From the NCBI RefSeq assembly GCF_964355755.1, contig NC_092675.1, positions 30,600,912 through 30,664,911 on the forward strand: a DNA stretch of 64,000 nt, written 5' to 3'. A program made the position numbers and the translations under genes. The notes beneath the pieces were generated by a model. The model had not been told where the DNA came from and did no database searches. It saw only the letters and a list, made by a program, of their open reading frames with translations. The stretch is from Antedon mediterranea. Taxonomy: Eukaryota > Animalia > Echinodermata. Below, one piece after another: positions 25,243 to 37,200 of this stretch (positions are counted from its first letter, which is position 1; each line of letters begins with the position of its first letter).

Positions 25243-28200
25243 TTAGATGTTGGCTTTTGAAAATGACACTCTAAGATGTTGATTGTCTCCAAGGGGATAG
25301 TTATGCATTGCCTGTTGAAGAAAGAAATAAAATAAATAAATACAAATCAACTATTTTTACTAAAAATACTTTTATTTAAAGTTCTTAAATTATTATTTGC
25401 ACAACTACTCAAATAGTAGTAGGTGATTTTAATGTCTTTCCTGACATTTGATAAATGTGATGAAAGAACATCGAGGAAAGATATGCGAGATATTAGTTTA
25501 ACAAACGATGTGAACATGTGAACTAATGATGTGAACATGTGAACTAATTTTGAACATTCAGATGACTTTATTATTGTGATGATTTTGGATAATTGATACT
25601 TACTACAAGAGCCTCTACAGATTCCTCTAGATTGTTCAGCTGAATTAAGGCCATCTTACGATCCTTACTGTTAACAAAACAAATATGTTTTAATAGGTGC
25701 TTCCTTAAAAACACTTTAGCTTTCTGTAGTTACATCCTAAATCCTATTAATGCTATAAGTGTTAAACTTGCTAATAGGAATTGGATAAAGTATATTGTGC
25801 TCATTTGAGGCTTAGGGAGCAGAGTAGTTCAATTACAACCCAACAAAGGGCAAATCAATAAGCTGTTTGTAACAGCTGTGGCATCTGTAGCAAACATGCA
25901 TTTATTTATTAATGATTGTAGGTTTCTATATTGGTTATATTGGTTATATTCTTTGCTGCTAAGTATATCATGTTAAGAGAGTTCATTAGCATTGCCTACG
26001 GAGCCAAACTATAAAATTGATAATCAGCAACAAAAATGTGTTTTTTTTACAGGAGTACATTTATATACGTCTTCATGCTAATCTGAATTTCCTCAGGTCT
26101 TATTATCAATACCCTAACTTTTAATTTATTGATAACATACTTACGGGAAAAATTTAAAACCACACACAGTACCATGTTGGTTAAATGCTGTCTTTAGCTC
26201 GTCTTCTGTTACTGATGCTCTGAAAAATATGATTTATTTTCATTTTATTTGTATTTTCAGGCACAAACAACATAAAATATATGAAAACGGTGCAGCACCC
26301 TGGAGATGAGTGCTAAGCGCTATCAAATTGGCTTTCCATACCGATCACAATGTATACAGTTCTGTCTACACTATCAAATTTATGACAAAAAAATGTGATG
26401 TACCCATATGTGGACACGATGATGTCATATCACTACCATATTTAGGTACACTTTTTTTGTCAAACTAGTTTGACAGAGCTTAACTTACGGAATGTTTGAA
26501 AGATGGAGAACTTGGTTAGGTGGGTAAATATTCTGGTAATTTTTTGATCCTGGTTTTTTGAAACGATGAAGAGGTGAATTTGTGAAATCTTTTGTCAGTC
26601 CAGCATCCTTTTGGAATGAAAAAAAAATCACACAATGGTTAATGGTAATCGGATTGAAATTATTACTGCAATATATTGGGATTGTGTGGACACAGGGTTG
26701 TAATGCACCATGACTGTATCCAGTCTCACATTGAGCCATTACACTGATATCCTTATTTGGTTTGTTTTTATTCTTTTTTATCATCACATCATAAATAAAA
26801 ATGCTCTTTAGTTACACAGCTATTTAGATTGACATACCTGCTGTCCTTCTTTAGGTAATGATACTTGTTGATGTTTTGATAACGCCACTCGCATTGGTTT
26901 ATCGTATAACTTCAAACTATTCAAATGTGACATCGCTAAAAAGCAAATCAAAATTGAGCACCATTTAAAAATATTGTCAATATTATCTTTGCCCTTGTCT
27001 TTGTGGAATGGGCACTGATTGGTGGCAGCAATCAACATGTAGGGACTCTTAGGGTGAGATCAAACTTGTTGTGTCATTTAGTCAACAGCACATTCAGACG
27101 GTTATCGCATAAAGCGCAATATAAAAATGAGTAGTACTAGTAATACTAATAACTTACCAAGGTGAGACTGGTTTGAATCGGCCAACTGAATCAGAGCGCT
27201 GTCTCGCTTTTCATACAAGATTTTCACCCTATGTACGTCCCCATATACACCTGAAGAATTGTAACATACAGTTAAGATTGTATATAAAATAAGATGATAT
27301 TGTGTAAATCAAAACACAGCAAACAAAACAAGGTTTATATAAAAAGAAAGCTTGGCGTCTTAAGATATTAAAATTGTTGTCTTATTAAAGTGAGTGTGTG
27401 TGTCATTAATGGAGGTGACTTAATGACATTTAAAGAATGTGACTTAAAATTGTATGAATAGAATTTAAGAATACAATATTCAGGACACCAATTACAAATG
27501 TTATTTTCACATGCACATCCTAAGAATGACATTTTGAACGCATCCTCCAGAATTGAATTATTAGTTATTTAATGAGGAACTTAAGGTACCTATTTAAATG
27601 TTTAAAGTAACTTAGGTAGTACTTCCAAATGAATAAGTAGATATTAATAGTGTGCAAAACCCAAATCATTTAGTAGTTATAAATAAGGCTGTCACCAAAT
27701 ATATATTAATCTTTTCAAAACAATTTTAGGTTTCAATTGTTTAATTTTTGATTGCTCATGGATAAAATATAAGTGGGGAGAGAAGCTTTGGGATAAATTT
27801 ACATAATGTGTATGTATGAAGCTAAACATGCATGAATGGGTGGGAAGTTAATAAAGCCACATGCAAATGTGCACTACACAGCAAAACCAGAACCAATGGA
27901 CAAATTGGGGTTTAAAAAATAAATCAATAAAAGAAAAACATTAAAAGATAAATAAATTAAGATGAAATTAAGACTACAAAGTTACATAAGAAATAAAATC
28001 ACCGGGTGTAAATTGGGATAAAACATGCAAAAAAGGGGTTGCCAGAATATTTATTGGGTTCTATATGAACATAATTATAAAATTGAAGAATGATTTAAAT
28101 TCAAATAATAATTATTAAATATTAGTTAATTAAATATAATTATATATTTTGAATGTTGTTTAATTGGTCTTTAAAAAAACCTTACTTAAGTTATATTAAT

Positions 28201-31200
28201 AATGACTAAGTAGTAAGGAAATACAAAACAAAAAAGAAGGTGCATACCAAAAAGGGTAAAGAGAGCATCAGGCGTAACTCGCTATGCACACGTGAACGAT
28301 TGGGTCAAAGGTGAAGGCACAGGAGACAAATGATACAGGAAGACATAGAAACGAGAAAAGGAGAGATGAAAAAAAGATGATCGTTAACAGTATATCATGA
28401 ACATTCCACCTCCCTATATAATATAATATCGCTATAGACCATTTCTTAATTTGAACTAGACAATCAAAGGCTTTGTCAATCAGTGATAAATCAATCAATA
28501 AATCAATAAATCTGATCAGATAAGTCAGAATAGTTTTACGTTCAACTGCATTCGGTTTACAATTGATGTGCGTTCCTGTTGGCGGCGCTGTTTCAAATTA
28601 TGATAAAATGGTCTATAGAATAACAAGAGACATAGTAGTCGGAGAAGGCCATAATATTATATTCTGTATTTGCAATCTCACAGTTGAGGAGGACGAATAT
28701 ATAGCCCCTGTGTAAGAAAAAAGCATTAGGTGGTTAGCCCAGCAGATTGAATGTTTTGGTGGATGTTATCGAATATAGAATACTTCGGAGACAGAGAGTG
28801 CTTAGGTTGTTTAAAAGTTGTCTCTGCTGTTATACACATAAGAATATAAATACCATCAACATCTAGGAAAAATAAATAGTGCTAGTTATATATAAGTGTG
28901 GATGTATACATATAAAGAAGCGGATTCATTTTCAATCATATTAAAACAATGTTTGACATTGATTCTAACTGAGCATGTGGGACTGATTAAATGCCATGCA
29001 ATGACGTAGCAACTGCAGCAGCAGCGTATTAACAGGCAAAATTATAACCTACACAATATTACGCTGTTTCAATGATTAAATATATGAAAATTATCAGTAT
29101 GGTATTTAAATGAAATAATGATTATCAACAAACAAACAATCATAACTTTGAAAAATTATAGAATTATAAAAAAGTTGTGATAGTATACGATGAATATTTT
29201 AATATAATACTAACTTTAGTATTATATTTTATATAATAAACTAGTACAATCATTCAAATAAAAATACATAAGAGTTCAGTATTTTAAATATTATTTACAA
29301 TTTACCTAAATCGTCTACTATATTACTATCTTTATTGTATAAAATGTTACGGTGACCCATAAAGTCAGGGTAAACAGCAAATTGTCAATAACTTATGGGC
29401 TACCGTAGCTTTGGACATATATATTAATTTATTTCTGAATAGTATAATTTCACACAATATTCATATCAAAAATAATTTTAGAAACTATATAAAAATAGGA
29501 ATATGCTGTGAAAAAAAAACTAAAAGATAGAATTGTGATGTATTTGAAATGAGTATAGAAGAAGATGTTCCTGGCTGTCAAATGGCACCACAGAGAACTA
29601 GAAGAGGAAGAAGAACAAAACAAAATAACAGAGAAAGATAGATTAATAAGAAAATATATGTAATATTTCTTTTAAACATTATTATATCATTTAAAAAATC
29701 ATTCTAGTATTGAACTTTTCTTTAAATATTAATGTTAACATGTTCATAAATATTAGAATGTTTAATTTAATAATAAATAAGGTTGATACTGAACATTTTT
29801 ACAAAATATTAACAGCATTTTAAGCATTTGAATAGTTGATGGCTTAAAAGGATATGGGGTTTTATCTGTTGACTATGTGTAACAGGGGAAAAGCCTATGA
29901 ATCAGCGTCCTCAAAACAAAAAAAACAACATCCCTTCTTACAGCCTTAATGATGTTCAAGTTCTACTAAAGCTCTGAATAAACTTTTGACACTCACACTT
30001 TCACATACACACTTTGCCCACAAAAAAGTATTTTTAAATACTTATTAAAAAGCATCATTTTCAAAATATTCTCCATTCTTCTACACTTTTAAATACTTAT
30101 TAAAAAAGCATCATTTTCAAAATATTCTCCATTCTTCCACACTTTTAAATAGTTATTAAAAAAGCATCATTTTCAAAATATTCTCCATTCTTCTACACTT
30201 TTAAATACTTATTAAAAAAGCATCATTTTCAAAATATTCTCCATTCTTGCACACTAAAACCGTAATAAAAACAAAGAAAATCACTTACGTCTGGGTTCAG
30301 GTTACTAACAAGAAGAACACTGCTGCCGCTATTGGCGCTGTGCATGTTGGGGAATCGCATTCCACCAAGAACAGGGTTATGATGATGATGATGATGGTGC
30401 GGGAATGAAGGTAGCAAACCGGGTACTGTAAATAACCAATGATTAAGTCTTTTAATCAAATTAAAGGCAACAATATCATTATACAACTTTTGTCATGAAA
30501 ACTAAATTATATTTATTGTTTAGCATTTCACTTGTTATTAATATTAGGACTTGAGACCAAAGAAATGTATCGTTTATTCAAAATTATTTTAGAAAGTATA
30601 GTTTATTGATGAAATAATTATATTCAGGAGTAAATCCAGAGTGCTAACTTTTAATAATTATATTCAGGGGTAGATCCAGAGTGCTAACTTTTAATAATTA
30701 TATTCAGGGGTAGATCCAGAGTGCTAACTTTTAATATTACTAATAGTCAGTCCAAATAATTATATTCAGGGGTAGATCCAGTGTGCTAACTTTTAATATT
30801 ACTAATAGTCAGTCCAAATAATTATATTCAGGGGTAGATTCAGAGTGCTAACTTTTAATATTACTAATAGTCAGTCCAAATAATTATATTCAGGGGTAGA
30901 TTCAGAGTGCTAACTTTTAATAATTATATTCAGGGGTAGATCCAGAGTGCTAACTTTTAATATTACTAATAGTCAGTCCAAATAATTATATTCAGGGGTA
31001 GATCCAGAGTGCTAACTTTTAATATTACTAATAGTCAGTCCAAATAATTATATTCAGGGGTAGATTCAGAGTGCTAACTTTTAATATTACTAATAGTCAG
31101 TCCAAATAATTATATTCAGGGGTAGATCCAGAGTGCTAACTTTTAATATTACTAATAGTCAGTCCAAATAATTATATTCAGGGGTAGATCCAGAGTGCTA

Positions 31201-34200
31201 ACTTTTAATATTACTAATAGTCAGTCCAAATAATTATATTCAGGGGTAGATTCAGAGTGCTAACTTTTAATATTACTAATAGTCAGTCCAAATAATTATA
31301 TTCAGGGGTAGATTCAGAGTGCTAACTTTTAATATTACTAATAGTCAGTCCAAATAATTATATTCAGGGGTAGATCCAAAGTGCTAACTTTTAATATTAC
31401 TAATAGTCAGTCCAAATAATTATATTCAGGAGTAAATCCAGAGTGCTAACTTTTAATAATTATATTCAGGGGTAGATCCAGAGTGCTAACTTTTAATAAT
31501 TATATTCAGGGGTAGATCCAAAGTGCTAACTTTTAATATTACTAATAGTCAGTCCAGATAATTATATTCAGGGGTAGATCCAGAGTGCTAACTTTTAATA
31601 TTACTAATAGTCAGTCCAAATAATTATATTCAGGGGTAGATTCAGAGTGCTAACTTTTAATATTACTAATAGTCAGTCCAAATAATTATATTCAGGGGTA
31701 GATCCAGAGTGCTAACTTTTAATATTACTAATAGTCAGTCCAAATATTTATATTCAGGGGTAGATTCAGAGTGCTAACTTTTAATATTACTAATAGTCAG
31801 TCCAAATAATTATATTCAGGGGTAGATTCAGAGTGCTAACTTTTAATATTACTAATAGTCAGTCCAAATAATTATATTCAGGGGTAGATCCAGAGTGCTA
31901 ACTTTTAATATTACTAATAGTCAGTCCAAATAATTATATTCAGGAGTAAATCCAGAGTGCTAACTTTTAATAATTATATTCAGGGGTAGATCCAGAGTGC
32001 TAACTTTTAATAATTATATTCAGGGGTAGATCCAGAGTGCTAACTTTTAATATTACTAATAGTCAGTCCAAATAATTATATTCAGGGGTAGATCCAGAGT
32101 GCTAACTTTTAATAATTATATTCAGGGGTAGATCCAGAGTGCTAACTTTTAATAATTATATTCAGGGGTAGATCCAGAGTGCTAACTTTTAATATTACTA
32201 ATAGTCAGTCCAAATAATTATATTCAGGGGTAGATCCAGAGTGCTAACTTTTAATATTACTAATAGTCAGTCCAAATAATTATATTCAGGGGTAGATCCA
32301 GAGTGCTAACTTTTAATATTACTAATAGTCAGTCCAAATAATTATATTCAGGGGTAGATCCAGAGTGCTAACTTTTAATATTACTAATAGTCAGTCCAAA
32401 TAATTATATTCAGGGGTAGATTCAGAGTGCTAACTTTTAATATTACTAATAGTCAGTCCAAATAATTATATTCAGGGGTAGATTCAGAGTGCTAACTTTT
32501 AATATTACTAATAGTCAGTCCAAAATTGAAATCAACAATTAATTCTAGTTATCAAAAGTAGGAGTGCATGCTCCTAGAGCTCCATCCAGGATCCACCCCT
32601 GATAATTAGGATTTATTCAATTTGAAATTTTTTGTTTTTTTTAAATCATGCAAGAAAGAAGAAACATCACGTTGTTATCATCACTAAGCATTCTAAATGT
32701 GAACATAAACAAAGCAGAAATCATTATCATAATCAATATTAGTATAATCATAATCATATTACATGTATTTATGAATGCAAAATATTCCAACATAATGCAA
32801 TATAAACATAAAATGACAAATTTAAACTATGTTATGAAATTATGACAAATGTAATTGATTTAATATCGATTTAATTCTCAATTAAAAAATTTAAATTAGA
32901 TATCAAATGAACAAAAAAAAACATTGATTTGAATGTCAAAGGTCAAGGCTAGTAACCATGACAATGATTTGATCATGCGGTTATGTTATGAAATCATACC
33001 ATTGCATGTGTGAGTACAAACATTTCATGCACATTAGACTAGCGTTCATGCCTTAGTCATTGTTAAATGTTATCATCCTCACCGTAAAAGACAGGCCAAG
33101 AACCAGAGAATTTAAATAAAATCATATTTGCCATAACAACATCATCAAGAAACAGACAAAACAAAATGTTATACCTGTCTGGGCAGGTATGCCCGGTATT
33201 CCAGCAAGACCAGGGAAGCCAGCAAAGTGTGGGTTTGTAGCAGCTGTGGCAGCAGCAAAAGCAGTGGTTCCAGCCATTGATAATGGAGATGGGATGAGAC
33301 CAGTTGCACTAGGTAAGCCTGCAGCACAATACAGGGGGGAAGCATGCGCCACCAAATGTTAGTGGGTTTAGTTTCAGCAAATGCCACATAAGGGATTGAT
33401 AAAAATGGCCATGGTGGGGGTACGGCCATGGTGGGGGTAACGGCCATATATACAACTTGGTTAAAGTGCAATGATTTATAAATAAATAATAAGCATATAT
33501 TAACAAATCAAAACCAACTATCAAAATATTATTATTCAAACACAATATATAAAATCAAAATATATCATCTTTAGTTTAATGAAACAAAATATTTCCCCCA
33601 AAGTTACATCAAAAATGTGTTATAGCCTAAAGTCAAGCGCATGCCAAAACTTAACGTCCTGACATGACCCAACTTTGAAAAAAATAATGGCAGGTGCAAA
33701 AAACCTGAAGCCATGTTAGGTGCACATTAAATTAAAATCAACCGTGTCTGCTGCAATGAATGATGGGTAAAAACAAGTGATAAACAGAATGAAAGGAATA
33801 GCAGTGAGAAGGAAGGAAGGATAGTACGTCGCCAATTTTTATGCAAATTGCTCATTTTCATGCGCCAAATATTTCTTTAGAAATTTGCTATGTAATTTTG
33901 TCTAATTTAAAAAGGCTTTTTAACCTTTTTCTTTTATCATTCATGCAATAAATTTAAAACAAAATGGTTTTTAATGGAAATAATATCTCTAACAAAAAAT
34001 AGGTTTTTTTTGTAAACAGTTAGTATGATAAACCATCAAATATGGATACATCAAAAATACATTATGATTTACAAACTGTAAAAATGGGAGGAGGAGAAGG
34101 AAAAAAAGGAAACAAAGAGTGAATGAAGGTGGGAAGACGACCTACCGTACATAGCGTGGTCATGTGATGGCATACCCATCGTCTCCCCCGATGGAAGGTC

Positions 34201-37200
34201 CATCTTGGTATAATCTCTACTTTTATCGTTGTTATATTTCACTTGTAGCGTTGTCATTTTGGAGTAATCAATCCTTAATGTGCAGCATCCATTGTATACA
34301 TTTTGACCATCTAAAGACTGGTGGTGAAATATATTGTAATTACAGATATTGTGAATGGTTACGTATATCAAAATATGGTTGCTAAGTAACACCCTTTTAT
34401 TAAGCAGTGTGAAAGGAATACAGTAAAATAGTATATACAATATAATAGCACAGAGCAAAAACAGAATTTGAAAATGAATTTGGCGTTTCTTAATAATTTC
34501 TCTTCTCAGTCGTTCAACCAATATTGAAGGAAATCCCTTCAACACATTTATTTTTATTTGACCTTTCTTGATTAATTTGTCATAACCCTTGACCTCACTA
34601 GAGGAATGTTCCTATACTTTTGACTTACATATCTTGCGGCTTGTGCTGCTATTTTGTCTTGAAATTGAATCAGTGCTTGAAATTGTGCTGAAACAAAAAA
34701 AGATTCCATATTATAATTTTTCCTGCTAAAAGGCCTAAGGCTGTAATATGCCTCATCTGCATAAAGATGTTTTGCTTTTTTTGACATTCAAAAATACATA
34801 ACACACCTTTCTTAAGAGAATCAATGATAAGTAGCTTAAATAAAGGATAGGAATCATCATTTAAATAATTTAAATCATCATCATCATGTGGACTAATACA
34901 AAGAGTGACAACATTTCTGTGTTTTATCTGTTTGTCTATATATATCTAGACTGTATCTAGACATTTCTGTGTTTTATTTGTTTGTCCATGTATATCTAGA
35001 CTGTATCTAGACATTTCTGTGTTTTATTTGTTTGTCCATGTATATCTAGACTGTATCTAGACATTTCTGGTCATTCATTATTAATAAACTTGACACAATA
35101 TTATGGTTTAATTCTGTTGACTCCTCACCAGAATGCTCTTTTGTTTTTGTCTTATTTTTTTTATTAAAAACGTATCAAGTTAACTAGGAATCACTTTATA
35201 AATGTTAATCTCCAGAAACGTTCATAATTTGTCAAACCATTGTTTTGTTTAGGATGGATGAGCAACATACTGTTTTTTGTGAATGTAACAATTCTGAGAA
35301 TCTGGCCGAATTTGCTGAAGATTTGATGAAGAATATCCAACGTAACTGGGTAGAGCATATTGTCCACGATGACTCGGAGTACCGTGTTTTCTCCGCCGCC
35401 TTCTACCGCCTTTGCTGTTGCTCCCGGGAACGTTGGCAGCAACGATTGCGCAGCTTGTAAGGCTGCCTGTGCTGCAGCATTCTGTAGAATATCAATTAAA
35501 TCAATTGAATAAACAAATTAAATAGGTTATTATTAGGTTAGTTTATTTACATTTTACACAATAGGTATGGTACAATTGTGACTACAAAATTATAAACCCA
35601 CTCAATGTTGTGATAACTTCCATGTTTAACCTCAATCTGAAAAGTTAGTGTTAGTACTTTATAGTCTTTTAGGTGCAATCTGGAGTACCCACATAATATT
35701 ACCCACAATCCATCCATGTTATTACAATGTCATTCTTGTTACTACAGTGCAGTTTGATTAATAATTTATCAACCAATGATAAAAACATTAGATAATCACA
35801 TGACGGAATAAAGTGACCAAAAAAATATTAGTATTATTTTTTTTTAATGGTATTAAATAATGATGATCATAACAAAATTGAAATAAACAATTTATTTTAT
35901 TTAGCTTATAAATAGTAAAAATACTATCTTGATACCAACACTTACTATTTTTTGCCAGTTTTTATTATAATCAGATCTTTTTTCAAGATATACTTGCATC
36001 AACAAACTAAAATACTTCTTCCATTTCGGCCATATTATGCTTTTAATATTAATATTTCACCAACTTATTAATTAAACATTTATATTCAAACTTGTGTCTT
36101 CTACGTGGCACCTGCACGTCTTTTAATTTCATCAAAAAGTGTTAAATTCACAAACATGTTAATAAAATAATTCTGCAAATGTTGATCTCACAAAATAAAA
36201 CAAAGCTGTTACCAGAGTGCACCTCATTTATTTGAAATACGCAAGTAATAAACTTCACCACAAAATAAAAGAAGCTTAGCCAACTGGTGCATGAACCATT
36301 TAGCATTTGAATACATTGGTTTTATTAAGTGGCATGCATGAAACAAAAACCATTACACACTTATATCAACAAGATAAAATGAATCAATTATCAACGCCGT
36401 TGATTTAATTGACATAATACCTGCGAGACCATTGTGTTATCTGAAACCTCTCACTTACTAAAATCACCTTCATATTTTAAAATAATAATCTTGTAAGAGT
36501 ATTTAAGAATAGAGGTAAGTGCAAATATTATAGTAAGTGCGCAGAAACAAGAACAAGAAGCATAAAGGTTACTTTGCATGAAAATAGACAAACACTGTAT
36601 TCTTCCTCAAATTCACAACGCGACACAAATAACACCAATTTATTTATTAACCGTATCTTCTATATTTGAAATGTTTAATATTTTCAGTATGTGAGATAAT
36701 GTATCTATCACGTGTGATCACGTGACACAGTATGCTGTGCACTTATGTATTATACCATGCATGATCATGTCTCACAGTAAGTTAACTCATGTATTGCGCG
36801 ACGTGTGATCATGTAACAAAGTACTGTATGTTATTTATGTATGACATTATATGTTGTGCGATCATGTCTCACAGTAAGTTAACTCATGTATTGCGCGATG
36901 TGTGATCATGTAACACAGTACTGTATGTTGTTTATGTATGACATTATTTGATGTGCGATCATGTTACACAGTAAGATTGCATGTTGTGTGATCGTCTGCC
37001 TTAGTATGTTCACTAATAATATACGACACAGTGTGTGATCATCTATTATACAATAGTTGCGTAACAACCATGTATCACGTTGTGTCATTTTGGAAGAATA
37101 AGAATGAGATATAAGAGAAAGAACCTTATCAATAGGAGCATCTGATTGGTCGTTTCCTTCGTTAGAGTTCAATACTGCGTTTACTGCAGCGATAGCAGCT

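Noticed and set aside
28314-28320. miR-124 seed match upstream of the 34-nt exon
   Set aside because: Intronic, so not a plausible cytoplasmic miRNA target.
33169-33545. ORFs overlapping the PTBP linker exon in other frames
   Set aside because: They are alternative-frame or intronic read-through. The exon 33175-33318 explains the coding signal.
33739-33825. Pyrimidine tract with tandem cagcag acceptor as another microexon
   Set aside because: The only nearby donor (gttgat) is poor and the 5- or 8-nt lengths have no support. It may simply be a PTB-binding tract.
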